A DNA stretch of 63,938 nucleotides, counting the filler, from Octopus bimaculoides (lineage: Eukaryota), in assembly GCF_001194135.2 (NCBI RefSeq). It is 6 parts of 5 records of this genome, joined end to end, with 100 filler letters (N's around TTAATTAATTAA, not from the genome) between each part and the next. Parts side by side here need not be neighbours in the genome. Positions count along the whole stretch, not along the records: positions 1 to 24,499 come from NC_068983.1; positions 24,600 to 51,561 come from NC_068988.1; 4 more parts are not named here. One strand, given 5' to 3'. The notes below the pieces were generated by a model. The model saw only the letters and a program-made list of their open reading frames with translations, was not told the DNA's origin and searched no databases. Position numbers and translations under genes: made by a program. Below are positions 14,106 to 26,915 of the stretch, piece by piece; positions within the stretch are counted from its first letter, which is position 1, and each line of letters starts with the position of its first letter.

Positions 14106-15517
14106 TACTACTTAGACCACTTTCAATTTTGATTAAAATGGAATTCTACTCAAAATCATTCCAGACAAACATTTTCACACATTATTGTAACATTATATAA
14201 ACCGGACTATATTTTCGACAGTAACGCTTTTTCAAGACGATGGGGAGCCATATAAACGGTCACTTTGCAACTATGTCATGCACTTCGAACAATTAACTAG
14301 GAACTACTTTTGTTTTGACTGCTGTTGATCTTCTGCCCAGTAATTACCATAGTGAAACATATTTAAACAATTTGAAAATAAGGACATCAGGAATTGACCA
14401 ATCGGAAACAGTATTATATTCCGCCGTGTAGATGGATGGATACAGAGGTATACCTAGAATTCTTCAGGCTGAAAGATTTGTTTTCAGTCTCCAACAGCTG
14501 ATGCCACACTTCAAGTGTCAAGTTAAATCCTCAATAAAGACTTGGAGGTAAAAGTTCAAAACCAGCCAGATCCGAAGTACAAATGCGATTACTGTAGAAA
14601 TTGTTGAAAAGGAGGATTGAAAATCTGTGGAGCAGAAACGCTACTTGGGAGTCAAAAGACAGGTAGCTGGAGCGAAACAAGCACAATATACATACATAAA
14701 TATATAAATGTGTATGTGTGTGTATGTATGCCATACGCACATCAGTACCTACATACAAACATTAGTTCGTATATGAATAGCCCGAGTTTTTCTCATAAAG
14801 CATTTTCGTGGCAGATTTGCAAATAACCCAGACCAAAAATGCGATCTATATCTTTTTGTGTATATGTAAGTCTTACGTTGTTGGTGGAGATCAGATTGAG
14901 GAACCGATGTGCGGACAGCGATTATACAGGCAGTATCAGACGTGTAGGTGTCCACCACTATCATCTTAACTCCAGAACATGAATAATGTTATTGATTAAT
15001 ACTAAACCTAGTTTTTAGAACACTTCATTTCTTTATGTCATCTCATTTTACATTTCTGGACGTGGCTCAGTTACCGCTGAACGATTGCTCTATCTTTGAG
15101 AGCAGAGATCATTTCATTACATCATGAATTTAATCGGTAAGATATTTAACATAACCATTAATCGACCATGTTTTTCACGTATATGGCACTGACTATAATC
15201 ATTTATCTTATTTTGGGGTATTCTTATTCGTACATAGTGAAATGACAGGTTGATCAAACAAAAGACTTATTCACATCTTGTATCGGTGATAATGGATTGC
15301 GCAAGATGTCAATTATATCAGGTTGTCAATGTACTACGTGTATATCGACGGGTGGAAACAACTGTAGTGGTTGAAAATAAAGAATGTCGTTCAATCAATT
15401 TTCTCTTATTCCTATTTACACACACACACACACACACGCCCGCATACACACACACACACATGCAAGCAAATAGAGAATCACACACACGCATATATACATA
15501 TACATCTTTCTCTCTCT

Positions 15518-15576
<59 letters not shown>

Positions 15577-15597
15577 CTTTTTTTCTTACTTTTACAC

Positions 15598-15775
15598 ATT
15601 TTAGTCATTTGACTGCGGCCATGCTGGAGTACCGCCTTTAGTCGACGAAATCTAACCCCAGGACATAATCTTGGTAAGCCTAGTACTTATACTGTCGGTC
15701 TCTTTTGACGAAGCGTTATGTTTCAAGGATATAAACAGACCAACTTCGGTTATCAAGCAAAGGTGGGGGACAATA
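15598..15775 (-). mobile_element. SINE 3' body (family also at 18.3, 53.6 and 60.8 kb)
   Basis: Reverse complement matches cttgacaaccga..gtaacttagcggttcggcaaa..ccagcatggccgcagtcaaatgactgaaac seen in the other copies. Confidence 0.75.
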
Positions 15776-15841
15776 ACAGACACAAAGGGACACGCACATA
15801 AAGACACACAAACACAGAAACACAAACACACACACACACAT

Positions 15842-15879
<38 letters not shown>

Positions 15880-18084
15880 GTATATATATATACACATAAA
15901 CATAAGCAAATATACATGTATGTGTGCTTATGTGTGTGAGTGTGTGTGTGGTTGTGTGTGTGTTTATATCTGTATATATATATATATAAATGCATACACA
16001 CACACATACATCTAGACACTTACGTATATATATATATATATATATATNNNNNNNNNNNNNNNNNNNNNNNNNNNNNNNNNNNNNNNNNNNNNNNNNNNNN
16101 NNNNNNNNNNNNNNNNNNNNNNNNNNNNNNNNNNNNNNNNNNNNNNNNNNNNNNNNNNNNNNNNNNNNNNNNNNNNNNNNNNNNNNNNNNNNNNNNNNNN
16201 NNNNNNNNNNNNNNNNNNNNNNNNNAGAGAGAGAGAGAGAGAGAGAAAATTTACAGAAAAACAAAAGACGAAAACGGGTGTGTAAAAAACAGATGTATTA
16301 TATAATATATATACATATGTATATATATATTCTTACGCGGCTTTAAACGAAATGGTGGAGTGAAGCAGTGTGAGTGCGGTGGTAGTTGGAAATTGTTGCG
16401 GCTAGATTCTTGACTGGATAAGTTATTGAATTTCCTTACATAATATTCTATGTGCAAATGTGATTCAATTATTTTGTTGTGATTACAGGCAAATTACTTT
16501 ATAATATATTACAGAACCTAAGCTAATTGAGCAAATTATTTGTATGTGAACAGACTTATGTTTCGTCCATACACCGCCCAGGCTATGTATAACACACATA
16601 TACATATATATAATATATATATATGTATATATATTTACATATATGTTCGTATGTGTGAGAATATATGTGTGTGTTTGTGTATTTGTATATATAGATAAGT
16701 ATTTAATAATATACACACGTGTACCTCTATGTATTTATGTATGTCTACATATGCAAATGCTCACTCTCGCTCTCTTTCTATATATATATATATATATATA
16801 TATNNNNNNNNNNNNNNNNNNNNNNNNNNNNNNNNNNNNNNNNNNNNNNNNNNNNNNNNNNNNNNNNNNNNNNNNNNNNNNNNNNNNNNNNNNNNNNNNN
16901 NNNNNNNNNNNNNNNNNNNNNNNNNNNNNNNNNNNNNNNNNNNNNNNNNNNNNNNNNNNNNNNNNNNNNNNNNNNNNNNNNNNNNNNNNNNNNNNNNNNN
17001 NNNNNNNNNNNNNNNNNNNNNNNNNNNNNNNNNNNNNNNNNNNNNNNNNNNNNNNNNNNNNNNNNNNNNNNNNNNNNNNNNNNNNNNNNNNNNNNNNNNN
17101 NNNNNNNNNNNNNNNNNNNNNNNNNNNNNNNNNNNNNNNNNNNNNNNNNNNNNNNNNNNNNNNNNNNNNNNNNNNNNNNNNNNNNNNNNNNNNNNNNNNN
17201 NNNNNNNNNNNNNNNNNNNNNNNNNNNNNNNNNNNNNNNNNNNNNNNNNNNNNNNNNNNNNNNNNNNNNNNNNNNNNNNNNNNNNNNNNNNNNNNNNNNN
17301 NNNNNNNNNNNNNNNNNNNNNNNNNNNNNNNNNNNNNNNNNNNNNNNNNNNNNNNNNNNNNNNNNNNNNNNNNNNNNNNNNNNNNNNNNNNNNNNNNNNN
17401 NNNNNNNNNNNNNNNNNNNNNNNNNNNNNNNNNNNNNNNNNNNNNNNNNNNNNNNNNNNNNNNNNNNNNNNNNNNNNNNNNNNNNNNNNNNNNNNNNNNN
17501 NNNNNNNNNNNNNNNNNNNNNNNNNNNNNNNNNNNNNNNNNNNNNNNNNNNNNNNNNNNNNNNNNNNNNNNNNNNNNNNNNNNNNNNNNNNNNNNNNNNN
17601 NNNNNNNNNNNNNNNNNNNNNNNNNNNNNNNNNNNNNNNNNNNNNNNNNNNNNNNNNNNNNNNNNNNNNNNNNNNNNNNNNNNNNNNNNNNNNNNNNNNN
17701 NNNNNNNNNNNNNNNNNNNNNNNNNNNNNNNNNNNNNNNNNNNNNNNNNNNNNNNNNNNNNNNNNNNNNNNNNNNNNNNNNNNATATATATACATACATA
17801 CACTCTCTCTTTCCTTTCCTGAGCGTCCAATAACACTATCCGTATCACGTCCTCACTTTGTTGTTTTTTTGTTATTGTTTTTTTGAACTTATATATATAT
17901 ATATATATAAAGATACACACACACAAAGACATGTATACATAAATGAAAATAAATTATATATGTGCTGCTTCTTTATAAAATTGTTATATGTTGCATAAGA
18001 CAATAACATAAAAAATGAATATATAAGCCTAGTTAACATAAATATACAGAAAAATGTGATGCAGACATGGACAGTTATATATTG

Positions 18085-18192
18085 TGTCTATAAAATCGTG
18101 ACTGTATTAAGAAACGTGCCTCCCATCCACATGGTTTTGGGTTCAGTCCCACTTCGTGGCATCATATATACTAAACCCGCCCTCTCTCTCTC

Positions 18193-18232
<40 letters not shown>

Positions 18233-18530
18233 AGTGTGTATATGTGTTTCTGTGTGTGTATGTTNNNNNNNNNNTATATACATACAAACATATGTATGCA
18301 TGTATGCATCTATGTACAAGTGTGTTTGTTTCCCCCACCGCCACCATCATCACGTGACAACTGATATTGGTGTGTTTAAGTCCACGTTATCCAGAGGTTT
18401 GGTGAAAGAGTCCTATAGAATGAGTTCTAGGTTTACAAAAGTCCTGGAGGTCTTATTCTTCGACGAAAACTCTTTAAGGCAGACTCCAGCATGGTCGCAG
18501 CGAAAGGACTGAAACAAGTAGAAAAATTAG
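18085..18530 (+). mobile_element. tRNA-derived SINE with internal (TA)/(TG) microsatellite
   Basis: Head ccacatggttttgggttcagtcccact, internal microsatellite, then body shared with the 15.6, 53.6 and 60.8 kb copies. Confidence 0.7.
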
Positions 18531-18984
18531 TAAAACAAAAAGAATACAAACCTAGAGAAATAAAATAAACAGAATAACGTGACGCAGAAAGGGAGAGAGA
18601 TATATTGAGTGTATAAAATCATGATTGAGTGTAAAACTGGGAAAGAGCAGATAAATAGTGCCGTTAAAAAAGTTACAGGAAAATAAACGGAAATAAGTAA
18701 CTGGAATAAAAAAGAGAAAAGATAAGAAGGAAATGTATTATATAGGTAAAGCTATGCGTTTTTACGTAATGGATCAGGAAATAGATTGTTTGAAAAATAG
18801 AACAAACATTCGTGTTTGTTCGGTGAACAATTGTAAGAAACGCCATGGAAGATATATTGAGTGAGAAAGGGAAGATGTAGGCATTGAAACAATGGAGGGA
18901 GGTGAACAACGCAGGAGAAAATGGGAATAGGCAAGGTGTAAGCGATATGGAAACTAAGAAATATTTGTGCTCTAATGTCTTGAG

Positions 18985-19268
18985 AGAGATGGATGGATGG
19001 ATGGATGGATGGATGGATGGATGGATGGATGGATGGATGGATGGATGGATACTGGGTGCGTTGATAGATAGATGGATAGATAGATAGATGGATGGATGAA
19101 TGGATGGATATGTAGGTAGGTAGGTACGTACGTACGTACGTAGGTAGATGGGCGAATAAGCAGGTAGGCATGTTGGTATGTTGGTAGGTATGTTGATAGA
19201 TAGATAGAAAGACATACATGCAGACAGACAGACATATAGATAGATAGACAGACAGATAGACTGATAGA

Positions 19269-19339
<71 letters not shown>

Positions 19340-19351
19340 ATATATATATTT

Positions 19352-19408
<57 letters not shown>

Positions 19409-19605
19409 CGGGTGGATGGTTTGATGGATAGACAGATAGATATGTAGGTAGGTATGTTCTTAGGTTGATAGATTGATAAGTAGATAACAGACAGAGACAC
19501 AGGCACACAGTCAGACACAGAGACAGATAGACAGGCAGGCAGGCAGACAGACTGACATACAGACAGATAGATAGATAAATAGATAAATAGAGAGAGAGAA
19601 CAGCA
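18985..19605. repeat. Stacked microsatellites (GGAT, GATA, GTAG, GTAC, GACA, TA, GA)
   Basis: Direct reading; source of the spurious IYLS/PSIH ORFs. Confidence 0.95.
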
Positions 19606-20083
19606 CGCTTGCAGGCAGTTAGAGAAATAAATGGAAGCCTTAGCATAGGAAATACAAAAGCAGAACATCAATCATTATAAGAAATTTATGCAGCGAGGGA
19701 GATGAGAAATCTGCAGTTTCATTAAGATCTATTTGTCAGTAAGAAAAGAAATGCCAACTGTTGCTCTAGGATGTCTAAACTCGTGTTGATGAAGGGATAG
19801 TAGATGTGTAAATGGGAAAATCTAGGGAGTGGGAAGGAATATGGTAATAGGGAAAGGTTATTAGCATTTTTTAAGATGTGTGATAACGGCATTCGTCTGT
19901 AGACACATGCGCACACATACACTCATACACAGACACAGACAAACACACATGCGCATGAATCCAAATACACGTTTCCATTAGACACATATATACACCTACA
20001 TACATATATGTGCGTGTGCGTGTGTGTATGTGGAGTGTGTATCCTGAAATTTCGCTAAGACAAGCAGACAGATTCAGAGATAG

Positions 20084-20115
<32 letters not shown>

Positions 20116-20244
20116 GCACACACACATATATGCATTTATACGTACATGTATACATACATGCATGCATGCATACATACATACATACATACATACATACATA
20201 CATACATACATACAAGCATACATACATACAAACATACATACATA

Positions 20245-20465
20245 GAAGACAGGGTGTTGAAACTTTATGATTTTAAGGGTAGCACGAAAAGCCTGTTTCG
20301 AGGCCCAACATTCCGAATTCCTTTACAGAGCTTCGAAAAAGTGAAGGACTGCTGCCACAAGTGTGTGAATTTCAGAGGGAAATATGTTGCATAAAATCAT
20401 AATTAACCGATCCTCCCGTATTTTCTTTTACCCAAAGCCTGGAACTTTTCAGCGCTCCCCCCCCC
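20245..20465 (+). mobile_element. Mariner-derived MITE (~220 bp)
   Basis: Encodes only the mariner C-terminus (FEKVKDCCHKCVNFRGKYVA*). Ends in gaacttttcagcgctcccc, the inverse of the 5' ggtgttgaaactt. An inverted partial copy lies at 60588-60695. Confidence 0.65.
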
Positions 20466-21394
20466 CACTATACGCACGTATACGTAACTTGTATTTAAGT
20501 GAACATACAAGATAACTAAAGATGAAATACAAGAATATTTTTGTTGAATAAATATCATTGCCTAAGAAACAGTCATAACTTTGATAAGATCCGCAAAGAA
20601 TGTTGAACACCGCAGTAACTTCTATGTAATACGAAGCTTTATAATTGAAACATTTATATCTTATTTTGCATATTAAGTGTTCAGTGCAGCATCAGTGATA
20701 TGATATATATCGGGATTATGAGCAGCAACCTGCGGTTAACTGTTTTTTATCAAGAATTTAAACAATGTAAGTGAATTATGTAGAAGAAAATACGACAGGA
20801 TATTGACAACATCTAACAGAAGATGCATTGTTTTCTTTCAGCTTTGATGAATGTATCTTCGACCTGGAGGAAGCGATATCATCAGACGGTATCCAACATT
20901 CCGTGAACGTTTGGATTTCCCGTCGGAGAGGAGGTCGGCAGCAGAGCCTAAATCACTGCTCAGCATATTCTTTCAGCTTCCAGCTTAACTCCTCTCTTTC
21001 TCCTGCTCCATAACCAGCCCGCAAAATATAAATTAGCTCCACTCCCTCTGACCATTGTGTTTCCTAAGATACAGCAATTTTAATGATCTATCCGTTCAGA
21101 TCTCTACAAGGAGAGTTGCTCAATCTTCAGGTTTACGGGAAATTTAAACATCTTGTGTATTCAGACAACTTAAAACTTCCCTTCTTTTTTTCTTTCTTTT
21201 TTTTTTTTGTATTTAAATTGAAATTGAGAATACCTTGGAGTAGAAAAAGGTGTATAGGAATGTGTAACCCACAGTTACAGCTTACGATTTGAGAAAAATA
21301 TAATTTATACAACAAATACTAAAATTAAAAAAGCAACCTGGAAATTTCAAAAGTCACTGCTTGGTCATATTACTTCTTACTCTTAGCTTCCTAC

Positions 21395-21731
21395 CGGTAA
21401 AGAGTAAAGTTCTTCGGCCATGAAAGACCATGGGATTGCACCTAGAAAGTTCTTCTCCGAGGCATAAGTCTGGGTAAGGTTGTTTATGGAAGACCAGCAG
21501 TCGCCCATGCATACCAACCTCTCCTCTCCACGCCACCAAATTTATCCAAGGGAAAGGCAAAGGGGCCGATACAGCTTGGCACCAGTGACATCGCAACTCA
21601 TTTCTACAGTTGAGTGAATTGGAGCAACGTGAAATAAAGTGTCTTGGTCAAGAACACAACACGTAGTGCGGTCTGGAAATCGAACTCACAACTTCAGGGT
21701 TGTGAGCCCAACGCTCTAACCACTTTCGCCA
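21395..21731 (-). mobile_element. tRNA-derived SINE
   Basis: Minus strand begins tggcgaaagtggttagagcgttgggctcacaaccctgaagttgtgagttcgatttcc (A/B boxes), followed by the ttcttgaccaagacactttatttcacgttgctcca block shared with 689-1005. Confidence 0.85.
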
Positions 21732-22639
21732 CCGGTGTTACAAGGGATAATTCTATTCTCGATGCCTACAATATGTCTTATCTCATTCACGATTGCACTA
21801 AATATTTTCATTAAGAAACAATCCTTTATAGTTACTAAACTAGTTACTTTACAGACAGAACGTAATGGGGTGTGTATTACTCCGTTGATGGTTGTTAAAT
21901 AAATAGAATTGTTCGGAATAGCCTCCATTGTTTGCCCGGCTAGAGAATATGCTTAGCTAAGTCTTAATACGTTCATCCAATCACCGTAAGTTTATCGTGA
22001 TTATCAGAAAAACGTTTGAAATAAAATGCCCTTAAAAAAAAAAGACAATTATACGGATACCTCTCCTCAATCAAAATTCCATATTGCTCTTATATATTAA
22101 TACTGTAGTGTTGCTATATTTTTAAGTAATATAAAAAAGAAACCCTACTAACCCGGGTTTACGATGTACTTTCACTCCCACCGCTGCATCAAGCGGTTTT
22201 TATTTATGATCTTCAATCTACGTTACTTTTCTGTTCGGAAGAGTTAAAACTTCTTACTACCATTTTCTCCTTCAATTTCCATACAACATGGAAGCTGCAA
22301 GGCGACTTTAGAACTAATTTTCAGCAACGTAAGAAGAAGTAGTTCTTGACATTTCAGTTAAAGAAAGGTTATATATTGTTTGTGTAGTCGAACAAAATCC
22401 GTTAGTTATTTTTTTAGCTTTTTGTATGTTTCCCTGTTCCACCGACAATTATTCACACTCACTTAACTACTAATCATCACTTACAAATATTTACGCCTTT
22501 CTAAACAATTAAGCTTTGTTTTTACTACCTAATCAAATTATATATAGGCCTTCCCATCGATTTAGCAATTATATATTCAGAAAATGTGACACGTAATATT
22601 GTAAAATAACTTCCCACTTTTCATACTCTCTATTTCAAT

Positions 22640-22666
22640 CTCTCTCTCTCTCTCAATCTCTCTCAA

Positions 22667-22763
<97 letters not shown>

Positions 22764-22790
22764 CTCTTTCTATATCTCTCTCTCTCTTTC
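22640..22790. repeat. (CT)n microsatellite
   Basis: Long ct run. Confidence 0.95.
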
Positions 22791-24499
22791 ATTCTATGAC
22801 TTCTCTCAACCAACTTACATATAACACTTTATTTTTCTTTTCGCTTGACTGGAAGTGGTAGTGGTTAACTTCGAGACCAATGGTATCAGTTTACTTGATA
22901 GTTAACATTGCGGTCGTTTAACTTTTCTTGTTTATCAGCTTCTGAGCGACAGCCACAGGAAAGAACATAAACGGATGTGAATCCAGAAACCTAAAATTTC
23001 TGAGTTGCAAGAAATGGATATTCTAGTGAATTCGGATGCCGATGGTGAGGAAACATCATATGGGTGACACGTGGTGAATATACGAGTTAATCGAGTGTGT
23101 AATTGGTAAGAGGGTAACAATTAAATGAAGTCAGGAAATCAGAAGCTACACAGCGCACAGAGGAAACGATACTCTAATCCCTAGTCAGAAGTTGAAGAGC
23201 GTTTGTAAGTAATTTTATGTGAATCAGGCGCATAACCTTTCTTTAGATATGATCTTGGACGTCTTTGTGCAAAATGATCCAGATGTAAGAGGAAAAAACT
23301 ACTGTGTCTCATTTGAGCCAAATAAATCGGTTGTAGTGGATGAAAAGTAGGGCCAATATCTGTGATGTATTTCTAACTGTTGTGAATACACGCTCGCTAA
23401 CAAAGATCCTGAGTATTACTGCAGTGGCGAACATGAGACATACTTATCCATGGCCATTTTCAGGAAACAGGCGAGATATTATAATTCTTTGAGTGAGTAT
23501 GTGTGCGTCTGTCACTATCTATCTGTTTGTGTGTGTGTGCGTGTGTGTGTATGTGTATGCGGGCGTGTGTGTGCGAGCCTGCGTGTTTGTGTATTTATAG
23601 TTAATTTTATTGACGGAAACAATACTAATATGTTATTACTTTCTGATGTTTCCCCGGTCATCTTTAGCAGAGACAAAGTAGATTTTGTGTAAGTTGTTTC
23701 GGAAGCACCTGCATGAAAAGTTATGTATGATTGGGGATGCAATTCCTGACAGCTGAAAGCAGTTTGCTATCAAATTTATGTGCAAGGCTCAGTTGATAGC
23801 AAAGTTTTAATAATAACGGTGATAGCAAAGTTTTGCGAACGGCAGCAGTATTTCATCAAATTTACCAAAAGGGATCTCACTGATAAGTGGCATAGCACAG
23901 CTGGTACACATATCTGCTTTTACAATAGCTGTACTCATAGTCATTGAGGAAGACAAGTTCGAGTTTATGGACCAAATTAGTAAAAAAATGTTCGAGTTTT
24001 TTGACCAAATTAGTAAATTTGCAATAGAAAGTTAATCCGAACCTAAATGTGAGCCATTCGCGGAAGTAGACTCTATTTCCAAATAACTAACGAAAACTGA
24101 TAAGATTACTGATGACCCGATCTTAACTTTACATTGCTCAGACAAATTTACCTACATGCATGTATACACACACATACGTATGCACACACACACAGACACA
24201 CACACACACAAACACGTACATTCATACATAGAAACATATGTGTGTCTGATATCTGAATATTTGTGTTGTTTACTTAGGAATATATAAATATATATATATA
24301 TCAATACGGAGCAATATTTCACGAGAAAAATAATTCACGTAAAAATTTTTTGGGAGGATACTACTGACTCTGCCTTCGGACGGTGGATTTCTGTAGTTAT
24401 TATCAGAGTATTTTGGCGTTTTAAATAAGAGATTTGACTGTTATTTCCAGCAGGTAGACATACTTAGTGTGTCCTTTAATTGATTTTAAATATATAGAT

Positions 24500-24599
24500 N
24501 NNNNNNNNNNNNNNNNNNNNNNNNNNNNNNNNNNNNNNNNNNNTTAATTAATTAANNNNNNNNNNNNNNNNNNNNNNNNNNNNNNNNNNNNNNNNNNNN
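24500..24599. other. Artificial scaffold spacer 44N-TTAATTAATTAA-44N
   Basis: Exactly 100 bp. The same construct occurs at 51562-51661, 57146-57245, 60488-60587 and 62697-62796. The 12-mer places stop codons in all six frames. Confidence 0.97.
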
Positions 24600-24605
24600 T
24601 TTTTC

Positions 24606-24780
24606 TTAAATACATGTTTTACCTGTGAATTTGCGTGTGTAAACTGGGAATGCATACGAGTTTCTCTGCCTTAGGTGTACGGAAAACACTTGGCAAGAAA
24701 TGGAAGAAAATTTGAAGAAAGAAGAAAAATAACAGCATAATAATAATAATAACAATAATAATAATGATGATGATGATGAT
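24606..24780 (+). mobile_element. Dong-type LINE 3'UTR with (AAT)n/(GAT)n tail
   Basis: Near-identical to 3860-3990. Confidence 0.75.
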
Positions 24781-24960
24781 TTCAAATTTTGGCAAAAGAC
24801 CAGCAAGTTTGGGGTAAGGGTAAGTTGATTACATTGACCACAATGTTTAATTGGTACTTATTTTATTGATCCTGAAAGGATGAAAGGCAAAGTCAGCTTT
24901 AGTGGAATTTGAACTCAGAACATAATGACGAACGAAACACCACTAAGCATTCTGCCAAAT
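24781..24960 (-). mobile_element. tRNA-SINE of the cctttcatcctttc..ataagtaccag family
   Basis: Plus strand ttgattacattgacc..ggtacttattttattgatcctgaaaggatgaaaggcaaagtc..gaatttgaactcagaa. Six more copies lie at 25.6-41.6 kb. Confidence 0.75.
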
Positions 24961-24970
24961 AATAATAATG

Positions 24971-25002
<32 letters not shown>

Positions 25003-25003
<1 letters not shown>

Positions 25004-25572
25004 GGACCTATATACACTGGAAACTATGCCAACACTATGGAATAACAACAGAAAAAAGATGGTATAAACACACGCCAGAAAAGGTCACAGAAAACGAGAA
25101 AGCAACCATACTCTGGGATATGCCAATACACACAAATAGAGAAATTAAGGCCAATAGACCAGATATAGTTGTAAGAGATCATGAAGGAAAAAATGATTTC
25201 TAATTGATGTATCAATACCAGCAGATGACAAATGGAGAAACTTTCAAAATACAAAGACTTGGAAATAGAAGTAACTCGAATGTGGAATCTAAAAACAGAA
25301 ACAATTCCTATCATAGTAGGTGCCTTAGGTATAATAAAAAAATATTCAGACAAATACATAACAAAAACACCAGGACTTACAAATATATATAACATACAGA
25401 AAATTGCACTACTGGGCACTGCACACATCCTACGCAAAACACTTTCAATACAGTAACCATAAGAGCACCACAGCAAACCACAGCACATACCCAAGGCACA
25501 CAGAGCTGCGCTCGGTAGTGAAGTGAAAGCACGTTATAAAAATAAAACTACTGAACAATAATAATAATAATC
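25003..25572 (+). mobile_element. R4/Dong-type LINE 3' fragment (REL endonuclease + 3'UTR) between (AAT)n tracts
   Basis: IHWKLCQHYGITTEKRWYKHTPEKVTENEKATILWDMPIHTNREIKANRPDIVVRD, then KYKDLEIEVTRMWNLKTETIPIIVGALGIIKK..QKIALLGTAHILRKTLSIQ*. CpGs are retained. Confidence 0.9.
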
Positions 25573-25713
25573 CTTTTGACTAAAGGCACAAAGCCTAAAA
25601 TTTGGCGGGAGGGAACTAGTTGATTACATTGACCCCAGTGTTTCACTGGTACTTAATTTATCGACTCCGAAAGGATGAAAGGTAAAGTCAATCTTGGCAG
25701 AATTTGAACTCAG
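25573..25713 (-). mobile_element. tRNA-SINE (same family as 24781-24960)
   Basis: Shared gaaaggatgaaaggtaaagtc / gaatttgaactcagaa block. Confidence 0.75.
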
Positions 25714-25794
25714 AATTTTGTCAAATAATAATATCATCACCATCATCATCATCGTCATCCTCCTCCTCCTCCTCCTCCTCCTCCTCATCATCAT

Positions 25795-26290
25795 CATCAT
25801 TTAACATCTGCTTCCCATGCTGTCATAGGTTGGATGATTTGACAGAGCTGGCCAGACAGGAGCCTGCACCAAACTTCTGTGTCTGTTTTGGTAGGGTTTT
25901 TACAGCTGGATGCCCTTCCTAACACCAACTACCCTGTAGAGTGGACTGAGTGCTTTTGACATGGCATAAGCACAGGTGAGGTCAATTTGGCAAAGTTTTT
26001 AAAGCTGGATACCCTTCCAAACACCAACCATTTTATAGCATGAACTGGATGCTTTTTAAGTGGCAACAGCACTGGCAGAGTCATCAAGACAAAGATTGTC
26101 TGAGAGGAGAAGAGGCAGCGAAGGAGAAGATCTTGTGTCAGATGATGAATGGCTATAGTGAGACAGAGAGACAGAAACAGGTGTCTTGCTGTAGGGGAGG
26201 TACATGGTCACTCAGCCAAAGAGAGAGAGAGAGAGAGGAAGAGAGAGAAAGAGAGAGAGAGAAAGAGAAAACATGAGGACAGAAACAGGT
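25795..26290 (-). mobile_element. RTE-related short element with (GAT)n tail, CpG-decayed
   Basis: catcatcat..tttaacatctgcttcccatgc..ctggatgcccttcctaacaccaac matches the CpG-intact copies at 51361 and 58625. Confidence 0.65.
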
Positions 26291-26734
26291 GTGCTGCTGT
26301 AAAGGAGATACATGGTTACCCAACCTGAGAAAAGAGCAGGAGAAAGAGAGAAAGAATGGGGGACAGCAAGAGTGCAAGAGAGAGCAGGAGAGAGATGGTG
26401 GTAAAACGCTGGGCATACTCAGAAGGGACAGGAATCAGAATATAAATGGGATGGTCAAGTAGAAGAGAGAGACAGATGGTGGCAAGTGCCAGGGCATACC
26501 CTTTGTGCTTGCTGACAGTAAATTCTACAGTACTCCTGAGATGGCCCTTCCTATACTCGCTCTGTCTATACACATACACAACATACAAGCCTACTCTGGC
26601 AACCTATTCATCCATACACTCACTCACAGATCTACAGTTAGCTATATAAACATATCACAAACCCTCAAACACCAATTTATATGTGCATAGACACACACAC
26701 ACACTCACACACACACACACACACATATACAGTT

Positions 26735-26915
26735 GTTGAAATTTACAGAAAAACAAAGACAAAGACAGGTGCATAAACAACAAGCAGGTGTATTAGTTTG
26801 ACACTTGGGAATGTGAGAAAGTCTTTTATGTTTTGAGCCTACACTCTTCAACAGAAAGGAACATGAGGAAATAAACAGAGAGAATAAAAAAGACTTGTGG
26901 ATTTAGCGGTCAAGG
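26735..26915 (-). mobile_element. Penelope-terminus-like repeat (copies at 50770-50940 and, truncated, 16245-16300)
   Basis: Shared aatttacagaaaaacaaagac..gtattagttt..gagaaagtctttta..cagaaagga. Contains a hammerhead-like fold (see findings). The Penelope assignment is inference. Confidence 0.5.

Noticed and set aside
13876-14115. Gly-rich GGEDI/GGEDS repeat ORF (extensin-like on the other strand)
   Set aside because: It arises from a 15-bp minisatellite within GGT/GTT microsatellite, with no start or splice support.
20842-21013. GC-elevated segment with an acceptor-like start and a 56-codon open frame
   Set aside because: No recognisable homology and no linked exons; could be an old TE fragment.
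24544-24555. Recurrent TTAATTAATTAA palindrome (also 51606, 57190, 60532, 62741), which could look like a regulatory or repeat motif
   Set aside because: Always centred in exactly 44 N + 12 + 44 N = 100 bp. It is a six-frame-stop scaffolding spacer, not biology.
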